Positions 20,581-29,779 of a DNA stretch of 64,000 nt are shown here, one piece after another (the stretch's first letter is position 1; each line of letters starts with the position of its first letter). The DNA is from Clostridia bacterium. Its GTDB lineage: Bacteria; Bacillota; Clostridia; TANB77; CAG-508. The position numbers and the translations under genes are program-made. The notes below the pieces were generated by a model that was given only the letters and a program-made list of their open reading frames with translations, did not search any database and was not told the DNA's origin. Location of the stretch: contig JAZNWN010000015.1 in assembly GCA_045593405.1 (NCBI GenBank), positions 91,542 through 155,541 of the forward strand. Reading direction: 5' to 3'.

Positions 20581-20636
20581 TGTAGAGGCAGGGTTCCACT
20601 CCTGCACTGGGCAAGGGCGGAGCCTTGCCCCTACAT
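20581..20636. repeat. REP doublet (TGTAGAGGCAGGGTTCCACTCCTGC...GGCGGAGCCTTGCCCCTACA)
   Basis: Same subtype as the 60413-60520 elements. Confidence 0.6.
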
Positions 20637-20654
20637 TTTATTTTTGACAATTAA

Positions 20655-21752
20655 TTATATGCTAGTTATTGTACTTTCTGTTTCGTCGCTATTATCTAGA
20701 TATTCTTCTAATTTTTTAGTAACTTCTTCTATGCCTGTTCCTTTATAATAAGAAGCTATTACAAAATTTGTTGATGGAACTGCAAAAAGTTTTGCCTTAT
20801 TTTTTGCTTTACTTTTATTTGGCACTTCTATTTTTATATCTTCTATTTTTCTTTTTAAATCAGATAAGAAGTCTGTTACCCCTTCAATTTCAGCTCCTGA
20901 AAAGGCAATCGCAAATTTAGGTCCCATATATCTTACAAATATATATTCTGATGAAATATTAGTTTTAATTGTATTAGCCATTTGTATTATTACATCTGTT
21001 CCTATTTCTCTTCCATATTTTTCATTTATTTCCTCTATATTTGATATAGTAAACATACATATAGCAGATTGTCCAAATTCATCAATTTGTCTTTTTCCTT
21101 TTCCATATAAATATTCTGCAGAAAATAGTCCTGTTGTTTTATCTACTCTATATATATTTTCTATGGCATTTTGGTATGACACGGTTTTTAAAACAGATAC
21201 TATATTATCCTTTATTGTCCCTAATATATTTGTATCCATATTATCAAAAGCGTGTGTTTCATCACTTTCAATAATCCAATATCCAATGTAAATGTTATCA
21301 ATATATAATGGGAAAAACATTGCAGATTTTGCTCTTGCCATTTCTTTTTTCTGATATGTTAATCTTTCATTTGGAGCATTTACTGTTACATATTTAGGTG
21401 TAGCAGTGGCAATACTATCTTGGAACATTTCATCTTTTTGAAGATTTTTTAATACATCCCAAAATCGTTCATCTACATTAGATGCTTTTAAAATATATTC
21501 TGCACCATTAAATACAACAATTGTAGAATATTTTATATGATATTTTTCTATTAAAATATTATTGATTAATTGAATTTTATCTTCCACAGATATATCTCTA
21601 CCTATTATATCCATAAAATCTTGTAATACCTGTAAATTTGCAACCATTTCCCTTGTATTACTTAAAGATTTTACTTTTTTAGATATTGATAAATTGTAAA
21701 AAATCAATCCAACAACAAATATTACTAAAACAATTATTATTAATATTATCAA
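20655..21752 (-). CDS. Membrane-anchored sensor protein with a degenerate GGDEF-like domain
   Basis: N-terminal TM segment, central sensor-like region, and a C-terminal GGDEF-like fold with a non-canonical active site (RYMGPKF instead of RYGGEEF). Confidence 0.5.
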   Translation of the reverse strand: MIILIIIVLVIFVVGLIFYNLSISKKVKSLSNTREMVANLQVLQDFMDIIGRDISVEDKIQLINNILIEKYHIKYSTIVVFNGAEYILKASNVDERFWDVLKNLQKDEMFQDSIATATPKYVTVNAPNERLTYQKKEMARAKSAMFFPLYIDNIYIGYWIIESDETHAFDNMDTNILGTIKDNIVSVLKTVSYQNAIENIYRVDKTTGLFSAEYLYGKGKRQIDEFGQSAICMFTISNIEEINEKYGREIGTDVIIQMANTIKTNISSEYIFVRYMGPKFAIAFSGAEIEGVTDFLSDLKRKIEDIKIEVPNKSKAKNKAKLFAVPSTNFVIASYYKGTGIEEVTKKLEEYLDNSDETESTITSI

Positions 21753-21771
21753 AGTTGTTTCTCCTTACTTT

Positions 21772-24075
21772 CTAATAATTTTTTCTCATTTTATTTAAAG
21801 TATTGTTTGTTTCCGCAGAAAATTGCATTCTCTTCTTATCACTCTTCTGAGTATATTTAGATTTATTCAATAATGGATATACCATTGCTGCTAATTCATT
21901 TAATGCTAACATAAGTTGTTTTGTATATCCTCTTAATGTTATCTCACAATTCACAAGAGAATCTAAGTATTTTACATAGTTTTGGACTTCAAACGGAATT
22001 TTGCAATATTTAACATTATCTTTATTAAATAACTCTGTCATAAATGACATAGATGGATCATTATAAGAAGATATTCCTCCAATCAAAATTTTATCTGATA
22101 AACTTCTTATTTTTTCTTCTTTATTTATTACTATTTTTATTTTTTCTTGTGCCAAAACATTTTTTGATTTTAAATCTCTCAAAAATGCTGTAAGTGGCTG
22201 GATTGTTAGTATATCCATACTTTGCACCAAGTATATTTCTTGTGAATTTTGAAAGTATTCTACTGGTGTATTAAAGTCTGCATCAATTAAAACAACATCA
22301 TGTTTTTCCATAAGAGTTGCCAATATATTTTCTATATTTTCATGTTGCTGTCTCTCTCCAGGTATTTCAGTATAAACTGTAAGATTTTTGCTTATATCAA
22401 TTCCCTGTGCAACTCCATTTTCTAAATTTGAAATACTAGTTGAAGCTATTCCTCTAAGTCTTTCCTCATTTTTTGTAAAAATATAGTATGCATTCTTGCT
22501 TTGTGTAGTATCTAATATAGCAGTAGATATGTTCATTGAAGATAATACTAATGCCAAGTTATTAACTATAAATGATGTTCCATTTTTTGTTGTTCCTACA
22601 AAAGAAACTATCTTTTTCTCATTTGTAAGAAGAGAGCTTAAATTGCTTGTACTTCTAAGTGTCGGTTCAATTTCATTTTTTTTCTCATTATCTGTATTAA
22701 ATAAATCAAAATCATAGTTTTGATTACTTTCCTCTTGCATTTCCGTTTCTTCTGGTCCATCCATGCTAAACAAGTCTACATCCAAATCTTCATCCTCTTG
22801 AACTGTAGGTTCTTCTTCATCTTCTTGCATTCCCATGCCGAACAAATCTACATCTTCTTCTTGAACAGGTTTATTATTTTTATTTACTTCATCTTCCATA
22901 TTAAATATATCAAAATCTAGTTCTTCTGGTTCTGATATTGGTTTATTTTCTTTCTCTATGTGAGGCTCTTCCGTATTTATATTAAATAAGTCAATATCAA
23001 AGTCATCCTCACTATCATTTTTTATTGAAGCTTCTTTTCTAGGTCTACCTCTTCCTCTTTTTGGTTTTTCTTGAACTGCATCTTGATCTGGAAGTGGGTT
23101 TTTTCTAGGTCTACCTCTTCCTCTTTTTGGCTCAACCTGTATATCATTCTCTTCCTCTACTATTTCTGGATCAGATTTAATTTCTGCAACTTTTGGCTCA
23201 AAGGCACCTTTTTTTTCTATTTTTACTACTCTTTTATTATTCAATGTTGAAGGTATTACTATTGGTTTTGTTATTCTGTCTTTTTCATCATTTAGCATTT
23301 TTACATTAATCTTCTCTTCTTGTTTTATGGTCTTTAAATTTCTTGGTTTATAGTTTTCCTTTTCTCTATCATTTCTAACCGAAAATGTTGATAATTCTTG
23401 ATATTTAGGAGATCTTTCCTCCAAAACAGCTTTTACATGTAATGGTAAATATTTAATGATAATTCTTAGTTGTGCATCTGTATATTGAGAAACAATATTA
23501 TTAAAACTATCTACATATTTGTCCTCATTTTTCCCTAGCCTTTTATAGTGTACTAAAATGTTTTGTACTTCTGATTCACTCACACTATTTTCATCTTCAG
23601 CTTGGTATGTTATACTACTTCCCTCTATCTTATATGCCATTTTAGCTTCTTTTTTTGTTCTTGGTTGATTCAATAACCTGCAAAGTCTATCAATATTTCT
23701 TTCTTCTCCTATAAGAGCATTATATATACCAATCCCAAATATTTTTGTTAACATTTCATCGGATTTGCTTCTTCTATCTGCACATATAAGTATAATCTCA
23801 ATATTTTCCCCACTTGCTTTTGTTGCTTCATCACTTATTTTATCTAATTTTTCGAATATGAATTTATCTATTGTGTCATAATTATTATTTGCAAATGGTT
23901 CCAGTTCTTCGCTTATTACTACCCTATCGTATGTTTTATCATTTTTTAATTCTTTTAATATAGCATTAAAATAATAAACGTTTTTATATGATATAATTTC
24001 TTTATATTCTTTTTGATATTTTTTTATTATTGCATCTGAAATGTTATCATTATTAACTGCAAATAATACTTTCAT
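21772..24075 (-). CDS. Large multidomain protein of unknown function (767 aa)
   Basis: Four recognisable parts: pseudo-receiver-like N-terminus; two AT-hooks (KRGRGRPRK); five acidic [DE]x[DE]hD[LI]F repeats; and a C-terminal ParA/MinD/CpaE-like domain with a degenerate P-loop (VGTTKNGTS, VVLIDADFN). GGAGGGG RBS. Confidence 0.6.
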   Translation of the reverse strand: MKVLFAVNNDNISDAIIKKYQKEYKEIISYKNVYYFNAILKELKNDKTYDRVVISEELEPFANNNYDTIDKFIFEKLDKISDEATKASGENIEIILICADRRSKSDEMLTKIFGIGIYNALIGEERNIDRLCRLLNQPRTKKEAKMAYKIEGSSITYQAEDENSVSESEVQNILVHYKRLGKNEDKYVDSFNNIVSQYTDAQLRIIIKYLPLHVKAVLEERSPKYQELSTFSVRNDREKENYKPRNLKTIKQEEKINVKMLNDEKDRITKPIVIPSTLNNKRVVKIEKKGAFEPKVAEIKSDPEIVEEENDIQVEPKRGRGRPRKNPLPDQDAVQEKPKRGRGRPRKEASIKNDSEDDFDIDLFNINTEEPHIEKENKPISEPEELDFDIFNMEDEVNKNNKPVQEEDVDLFGMGMQEDEEEPTVQEDEDLDVDLFSMDGPEETEMQEESNQNYDFDLFNTDNEKKNEIEPTLRSTSNLSSLLTNEKKIVSFVGTTKNGTSFIVNNLALVLSSMNISTAILDTTQSKNAYYIFTKNEERLRGIASTSISNLENGVAQGIDISKNLTVYTEIPGERQQHENIENILATLMEKHDVVLIDADFNTPVEYFQNSQEIYLVQSMDILTIQPLTAFLRDLKSKNVLAQEKIKIVINKEEKIRSLSDKILIGGISSYNDPSMSFMTELFNKDNVKYCKIPFEVQNYVKYLDSLVNCEITLRGYTKQLMLALNELAAMVYPLLNKSKYTQKSDKKRMQFSAETNNTLNKMRKNY

Positions 24076-24078
24076 CTA

Positions 24079-24486
24079 TTAACCCCTCCAACCCATCACT
24101 ACTATAGTAAATATTAATGGTAATACTTGACAAATAACTAATAAAGTTACAAATGTCATTATTATTCCATAACCTTTATGTTTTTTGTCTAATCTTCTTG
24201 TTCCTAATACATATTGATTTAATGCTCCAATTACTATTCCTATAAAGCAAACAGGTATGCTGTAAATTCTTACCACATTTAATATGAAAGCTGCCAATCC
24301 GTAAGCTTCTGATTCATATTTTTCTGTATATTCATCTAATTTACTACCCACTTCATCTTTTATAGTTAATATTTCATTGGCATTATCTTCCTCTAATGTG
24401 CTAGTTGCATTTTCCGCAAATACAACCGTATTAATTGCCAAACTTAATATGATTACTAATATGATTCCAACTACTATTTTTTTCAT
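24079..24486 (-). CDS. Small secreted/membrane protein, hypothetical
   Basis: Signal-peptide-like N-terminus and two C-terminal TM helices; starts 4 nt after the stop of the 767-aa gene. Confidence 0.45.
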   Translation of the reverse strand: MKKIVVGIILVIILSLAINTVVFAENATSTLEEDNANEILTIKDEVGSKLDEYTEKYESEAYGLAAFILNVVRIYSIPVCFIGIVIGALNQYVLGTRRLDKKHKGYGIIMTFVTLLVICQVLPLIFTIVVMGWRG

Positions 24487-24628
24487 AATTTCCTCCTAAA
24501 TTTTTCACATTTTTCCTTCTAATATAATACAATATATTAAAAAAAATAGCAAGAAAAAAATGGATTTTTTAATATAAAAATTAAAAAAAGAAAACACCCG
24601 TAAGATGTTTTCTCTTTTAACATATTTA

Positions 24629-24898
24629 TTATTCTGCTGATTCTGCTTCTGGAGCTTCATAAGCTTCTAAAATAGCTGCTTGAATTTTTTCTCTAGTTTC
24701 AGCATTAATTGGATGAGCTATATCTTTGAATTCTCCGTTTGGAGTTTTTCTGCTTGGCATAGCTATAAATAATCCATTTTGGCTTTCGATAACTTTAATA
24801 TCGTGAATTACGAATTCATTATCGAATGTTACAGAAGCAACAGCTTTCATTCTGTTTTCTGAATTTACTTTTCTTAATCTTACGTCTGTTATTTGCAT
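24629..24898 (-). CDS. spoVG: Septation/sporulation protein SpoVG
   Basis: [72 protein letters not shown] matches SpoVG almost throughout. Confidence 0.9.
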   Translation of the reverse strand: MQITDVRLRKVNSENRMKAVASVTFDNEFVIHDIKVIESQNGLFIAMPSRKTPNGEFKDIAHPINAETREKIQAAILEAYEAPEAESAE

Positions 24899-25002
24899 GT
24901 ATAGTGCACCGCCTTCCAAAGTTATAAATTTTTAAGCATTAAATATGTATTATATCTAATGTCTAACTATATATTCGCCAAAAAAATATTTTTTCCTTCT
25001 TG

Positions 25003-25036
25003 TTTTTACAAGATATTTTATTTTTTCTTGCGAATA
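25003..25036 (-). promoter_or_regulatory. Possible sigma-H type promoter for spoVG
   Basis: Minus-strand AAGATATT-N15-CGAATAT resembles the sigma-H consensus (AGGAWWT-N14-GAAT) that drives spoVG in Bacillus. Positions approximate. Confidence 0.25.
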
Positions 25037-25058
25037 TAATAAATGGTCTTTACCAAAT

Positions 25059-25137
25059 TGTAGGGGTCGCACTCCTGGGCGACCCGTAGATATTTCAAAT
25101 ATTTATTTTCGGGGCGCCGAAGACTGCGCCCCCTACT
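25059..25137. repeat. Two REP elements (TGTAGGGGTCGCACTCCTGGGCGACCCGTAGA; CGGGGCGCCGAAGACTGCGCCCCCTAC)
   Basis: GC-rich palindromes with TGTAGGGG/CCCCTAC termini, between spoVG and murC. Confidence 0.6.
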
Positions 25138-25164
25138 CTACTTTTATTAAATACAATTAGCATA

Positions 25165-25193
25165 TTGAATTTTTTTATTTTTCATTGTATAAT
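25165..25193 (+). promoter_or_regulatory. Sigma-A type promoter for murC
   Basis: TTGAAT-N17-TATAAT with a TG immediately upstream of the -10. Lies ~40 nt before the murC RBS. Confidence 0.45.
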
Positions 25194-25230
25194 AGTCATG
25201 TTGCAATTTTAGAGAGGGGTTATTTAGCAA

Positions 25231-26619
25231 ATGATTAACTTAGATAATATTGAAAATTTAAAAAAATATAAACATATACATTTAATTGGAATTGGTGGAG
25301 TTAGTATGAGTGGAATTGCAGAATTTTTGCACCATTTCGGTTTGTTTGTAACTGGTTCTGATTGTACTAAAACTAAACTTACAGATAGATTATCAAGTCA
25401 TGGTATTTTTGTGTCTATTGGCCATTCTACTGCACTAGTAGAAAAAGCTGATTTAGTTATTTATTCTGCTGCCATTAAACCAGATGATCCAGAATATGTT
25501 TGTGCAAAAGAAAAAAACATAGTAATGATAGAAAGAGCTGATTTTGTCGGATTTTTAACTCGTATATATCAAGATACTATTGGTGTTTCTGGAACTCATG
25601 GAAAAACAACCACTACTTCTATGATTTCTTTATGTTTTATTGAAGCTGGACTTGATCCTAATGTTCAAGTAGGCGCACATTTAAAACAAATTAATGGAAA
25701 TTACAGAGTTGGTAATAGTGATTATTTTATATTAGAAGCTTGTGAATATGTTGAAAGTTTTTTAAAATTCAATCCTAAATCTGCTGTTGTATTAAATATA
25801 GATAATGATCATTTAGATTATTTTAAAACTTTCGATAATATAAAAAATGCTTTTAGCAAATATGTTTCATTACTTCCAAGAGATGGTTTGTTAGTTACAA
25901 ATGGAGATGATGAAAATTGTCTTGATTTAAGAAAAAAAACATATGCTAAAACTGTTACTTTTGGTATAAATAATGACAAAGCAAATTTTGTTGCAAGAAA
26001 TATATCTTTTGATATAAACGGATTCGCAAAATTTGATGTTTATTATAATAATAATTTCTATTGTGAAATTAAATTATCTGTTCCTGGTATGCATAATGTT
26101 TACAACAGTTTAGCTTGTATTTCAATTTGTGTAAATTACGGAATTGATAAATATACCATAAAAACTGCTTTAAAAAAATTTACTGGAGCAAACCGTAGAT
26201 TCGAACTAGTTGGTTCATATAACAATATTTATGTTTATGATGATTACGCTCATCATCCAAGTGAAATACTTGCTACTTCAAAAGCGCTTAATCAAAAAAC
26301 ATTTAGACAATCTTGGGTGGTTTTTCAGCCTCATACTTATAGTAGAACAAAAGAATTACTTGATGACTTTGCTAAGTCTTTATTAGATTTTAATAATATT
26401 ATTATTACTGATATATATGCTGCAAGAGAGCACAATATATACGATATATCTTCTCAGGATTTAGTAGATAAAATAAATTCTTTAGGTAAAAAAGCTATTT
26501 ATATCAAAGAGTTTGATGATATTGCCCAATATATAAAAGAACGTGCTTGCCCAAACGATATTATTTTAACAATGGGAGCTGGCACAGTAGTAGATGTATC
26601 TAAGAAAATATTATTATAA
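25231..26619 (+). CDS. murC: UDP-N-acetylmuramate--L-alanine ligase
   Basis: HLIGIGGVSMSGIAEFL, GTHGKTTTTSMIS and DDYAHHPSEI Mur ligase motifs; 462 aa. Confidence 0.9.
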   Translation: MINLDNIENLKKYKHIHLIGIGGVSMSGIAEFLHHFGLFVTGSDCTKTKLTDRLSSHGIFVSIGHSTALVEKADLVIYSAAIKPDDPEYVCAKEKNIVMIERADFVGFLTRIYQDTIGVSGTHGKTTTTSMISLCFIEAGLDPNVQVGAHLKQINGNYRVGNSDYFILEACEYVESFLKFNPKSAVVLNIDNDHLDYFKTFDNIKNAFSKYVSLLPRDGLLVTNGDDENCLDLRKKTYAKTVTFGINNDKANFVARNISFDINGFAKFDVYYNNNFYCEIKLSVPGMHNVYNSLACISICVNYGIDKYTIKTALKKFTGANRRFELVGSYNNIYVYDDYAHHPSEILATSKALNQKTFRQSWVVFQPHTYSRTKELLDDFAKSLLDFNNIIITDIYAAREHNIYDISSQDLVDKINSLGKKAIYIKEFDDIAQYIKERACPNDIILTMGAGTVVDVSKKILL

Positions 26620-26620
26620 A

Positions 26621-26695
26621 AGAGTGTCAATAGGGACGGGTCTCTTTGGCAGTAATGTTACTGTCAAAGGGAACCGTCCCCATTGACACTCTTTT
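26621..26695. terminator. Very long near-perfect palindrome (~33-bp stem); bidirectional terminator between murC and sortase
   Basis: AAGAGTGTCAATAGGGACGGGTCTCTTTGGCAGTAA-TG-TTACTGTCAAAGGGAACCGTCCCCATTGACACTCTT followed by a T-run. Two mismatches in the stem. Confidence 0.5.
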
Positions 26696-26696
26696 T

Positions 26697-27380
26697 TTAT
26701 TCTCTTGCTTTTACCACTATTCTTGCATTACTATCATCTGTGCAAGTTACTAGTGTTATTTCTGTATTATCTCCAACATTTCTAGTTATATATGCTACGT
26801 CTTCAGGTGTTGTTTCATATTTCTCATAAATTGTGTATGTTAATGTTTTTCCAGTTTCATCTGTTATTTTTATTATATCACCTGTTGCTACATTCTCTAA
26901 ATTTGAAAAGAATTGTCCATTTCTATAGTTATGTCCTGCAATTACTACATTTCCAGGTTGATTAATCTTAGGATTTTCTGGATATCTAACTGCAACAGAT
27001 TGTTCTAAGCTCGCAACTGTTTCTTTTTCCAAAATAGGATATTTTATATTTATTTTTGGTATCTCTATATATCCTATCATTACATAATTATTATAGTAAG
27101 TCACTTTTCTTGTTCCTTCATCTCCAGTATTTGTGCCTACATTATTATTTGTAACAACATTTTGTTCTACTAATCCTTCTCCTGAAGTATTTGTATTAGT
27201 ATTATTAGTAGTAGTATCATTTATATTATCTTCAAATCTATCTATTGCATTTTGTGCATCTTTATCATTTTTATATCTTTTATATGCACTTACACCAAGT
27301 ACAGAAATCAGTACCACTACAAAAATTATTGCTATAATTAAAATAATTGTTAAAAAATTATTATATTTGGCTTTAAACAT
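26697..27380 (-). CDS. Sortase family transpeptidase
   Basis: N-terminal TM anchor, Thr/Asn-rich linker, and the catalytic region ...VIAGHNYRNGQFF...TLVTCTDD... (TLxTC active site). Confidence 0.75.
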   Translation of the reverse strand: MFKAKYNNFLTIILIIAIIFVVVLISVLGVSAYKRYKNDKDAQNAIDRFEDNINDTTTNNTNTNTSGEGLVEQNVVTNNNVGTNTGDEGTRKVTYYNNYVMIGYIEIPKINIKYPILEKETVASLEQSVAVRYPENPKINQPGNVVIAGHNYRNGQFFSNLENVATGDIIKITDETGKTLTYTIYEKYETTPEDVAYITRNVGDNTEITLVTCTDDSNARIVVKARE

Positions 27381-27433
27381 TTTACCACCTCTCATACATA
27401 TTTATTATACCATATTTTTTATTGTATTGGTAG

Positions 27434-27781
27434 CTAATTACATATTTTTATTCCAAGTTTTTTCCCACCTATTAAATGAAAGTGTAAATGTTTAACCTCT
27501 TGTCCACCGTCTTCTCCACAATTTACAATAACTCTAAATCCACTTTCAAAAATATTTTCTTGCTCAGCTATTCTATTGATAACTGAATAAATTTTACCTA
27601 CCAAAATTTCATCTTCTGGTTCTAAATCTGCTAAACTACTTATATGTTTTTTAGGAATTACAAGTACATGTACTGGTGCCACTGGAGCAATATCTCTAAA
27701 AGCTAATATCTCATCATCTTCATAAACTATTGTAGATGGAATTTCTCTTTTTATTATTTTACAAAATAAACAATCGTTCAT
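27434..27781 (-). CDS. HIT family (histidine triad) protein
   Basis: CLFCKIIKREIPSTIVYEDD... and HLHFHLIGG (HxHxHxx) motif. Confidence 0.85.
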   Translation of the reverse strand: MNDCLFCKIIKREIPSTIVYEDDEILAFRDIAPVAPVHVLVIPKKHISSLADLEPEDEILVGKIYSVINRIAEQENIFESGFRVIVNCGEDGGQEVKHLHFHLIGGKKLGIKICN

Positions 27782-27820
27782 ATTTTATTTACCTCCGTTC
27801 TTTTTAGTATTTTATTTGAA

Positions 27821-27847
27821 GAACGGGCGATTAAAATCGCCCCTACT
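27821..27847. repeat. REP element CGGGCGATTAAAATCGCCCCTAC immediately after the alaS stop
   Basis: Identical core to the REPs flanking the RAYT gene. Confidence 0.65.
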
Positions 27848-27860
27848 TAATCTTTATCAA

Positions 27861-29630
27861 TTATTGTAATATTGCTTTTATACGTCTTACTCCTGCTGAT
27901 GATGATTCTTCTTTTTTGATTTTAAATGTTCCTAGTTCTGATGTATTAGTTACGTGAGGTCCTCCACAAAGTTCTATTGAAACATCTCCAATTTTATATA
28001 CTGTAACTACATCACCATATTTTTCAATGAACATCGCTTCTGCACCCATTCCAATAGCTTCTTCTTTTTTCATTTCTAATCTTTCTACTGGAATTGCCAT
28101 TTTTATGTATTCATTTACTAATTCTTCGGCTTTTTGTTTTTGTTCATCTGTCATTTTTGCATCATGTGAAAAGTCAAATCTCATTCTTTCTGCTGTGATA
28201 TTGCTTCCCTTTTGGTGTACGTGAGAACCTAAAACTTGTTTTAATGCAGCATTTAAAAGGTGTGTTGCTGTATGGTATTTTGTTTCCATTTCACCTGTTG
28301 AAGCAAGACCCCCTTTAAATTTTTCAGTTGCTCCTGCTCTAGATTTTGCTTGATGCTCTGCAAATTTTTCCGCAAACCCTTTTGTATCAACTTCTAGGTT
28401 TCTTTCTCTTGCAAGCTCTTCTGTTAATTCTATTGGGAAACCATAAGTATCATATAATTTAAATGCGTTATCTCTATCTATTAAGTTTCCTTCTAAATGA
28501 GATACTATTTTTTCAAATTCTCTTAAACCTTTTTCAAGTGTTCTATTAAATTTAATCTTTTCATTCTCTAATACTTCTAGAATTATATTTCTATTACGTT
28601 CTAATTCAGCATAAAATGGTGCATATTGGTCAATTATTAAGTTTGCTAAATCTTTTTCCCAAGCGCTGTTTATATCTATTTCTAAGTTTTTAGCATATCT
28701 TATAATTCTTCTAATTAATCTTCTTAAAATATAACCTTGGTCTGTGTTTGAAGGTTTAATTCCTGCATCATCACCACTAATTACTACAACAGCTCTCATA
28801 TGGTCTGCAATTATTCTCATTGCTTTTACATATTTTTCATCATCATATGATTTGCCAGAAATTTCCTCTATTTTTGCTATAACATCTTTCCATACAGATG
28901 ATTTATAATTATCTGTTTGTCCTTCTAATATAGCAGTTACTCTTTCTACTCCTAATCCAGTATCAACATTTTTATTAGCAAGTGGTTTAAATGTACCATC
29001 TGTTTCATGATTATATTGCATGAATACGTTATTCCAAATTTCTACCCAATTTTCATCTTCTGGGTCAAATATTTCTGGAACAGGCTCATCACTTCTCCAA
29101 TAGAAGATTTCTGTATCTGGTCCACATGGTCCTGTAAGTTCCATATTTGGCCACCAGTTATTTTCCTCTTCTAAATATGCTATTCTATTTTTGTTTACTC
29201 CTAAAGACTCCCAGATTTCAGCAGATTCATGGTCAGCTGGTACTATATCATTCCCTCTAAAAACTGTAACAGCTAATCTTTCTACTGGAATGTTTAGTCT
29301 TTCAGTTAATAACTCAAAACTCCAAGTGATTGATTCTTTTTTAAAATAATCTCCAAGTGACCAATTTCCAAGCATTTCAAAAAATGTATGATGTGTTTTA
29401 TCTCCTATTGAATCTAAGTCATTTGTTCTAAAACATTTTTGAACATCTGCAAGCCTTGTTCCCTCTGGATGAGATGCTCCTTTTAAATATGGCACTAATG
29501 GTTGCATACCAGCTGTATTAAACAAACATGTTGGGTCGTTTTCTGGTATAATTGGCGCACTAGGTATAATTTTGTGTCCTTTTTCTTCAAAAAATTTTAA
29601 GTATGTGTTTTTTAAATCTATTTTTTGCAT
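27861..29630 (-). CDS. alaS: Alanine--tRNA ligase, short form (catalytic, tRNA-recognition and editing domains; no C-Ala domain)
   Basis: Class II catalytic motifs (FNTAGMQPL, FFEMLGNWSLGDYFK...), editing HTATHLL...CGGPHV; ends 589 aa with a clean TAA followed by a REP. Confidence 0.8.
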   Translation of the reverse strand: MQKIDLKNTYLKFFEEKGHKIIPSAPIIPENDPTCLFNTAGMQPLVPYLKGASHPEGTRLADVQKCFRTNDLDSIGDKTHHTFFEMLGNWSLGDYFKKESITWSFELLTERLNIPVERLAVTVFRGNDIVPADHESAEIWESLGVNKNRIAYLEEENNWWPNMELTGPCGPDTEIFYWRSDEPVPEIFDPEDENWVEIWNNVFMQYNHETDGTFKPLANKNVDTGLGVERVTAILEGQTDNYKSSVWKDVIAKIEEISGKSYDDEKYVKAMRIIADHMRAVVVISGDDAGIKPSNTDQGYILRRLIRRIIRYAKNLEIDINSAWEKDLANLIIDQYAPFYAELERNRNIILEVLENEKIKFNRTLEKGLREFEKIVSHLEGNLIDRDNAFKLYDTYGFPIELTEELARERNLEVDTKGFAEKFAEHQAKSRAGATEKFKGGLASTGEMETKYHTATHLLNAALKQVLGSHVHQKGSNITAERMRFDFSHDAKMTDEQKQKAEELVNEYIKMAIPVERLEMKKEEAIGMGAEAMFIEKYGDVVTVYKIGDVSIELCGGPHVTNTSELGTFKIKKEESSSAGVRRIKAILQ

Positions 29631-29754
29631 AATTTTCCTCCTAATATAACAAATATATTATACAGCCTTTCCCCTGTTTTTTTCAAGGGGTTTTAGTAAA
29701 ATTAACCTTGTTTTTATTACTATTTTAGTAGGCAATTCAAAACTGTAACGAAAA

Positions 29755-29779
29755 TGTAGGGGCGATTTTAATCGCCCGT
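29755..29779. repeat. REP element TGTAGGGGCGATTTTAATCGCCCG abutting the RAYT stop codon
   Basis: 3' flank of the RAYT gene. Confidence 0.7.

Noticed and set aside
20655-21752. Active diguanylate cyclase
   Set aside because: The GGDEF signature is replaced by RYMGPKF, and other active-site residues are not evident. It was called a degenerate GGDEF-like sensor.
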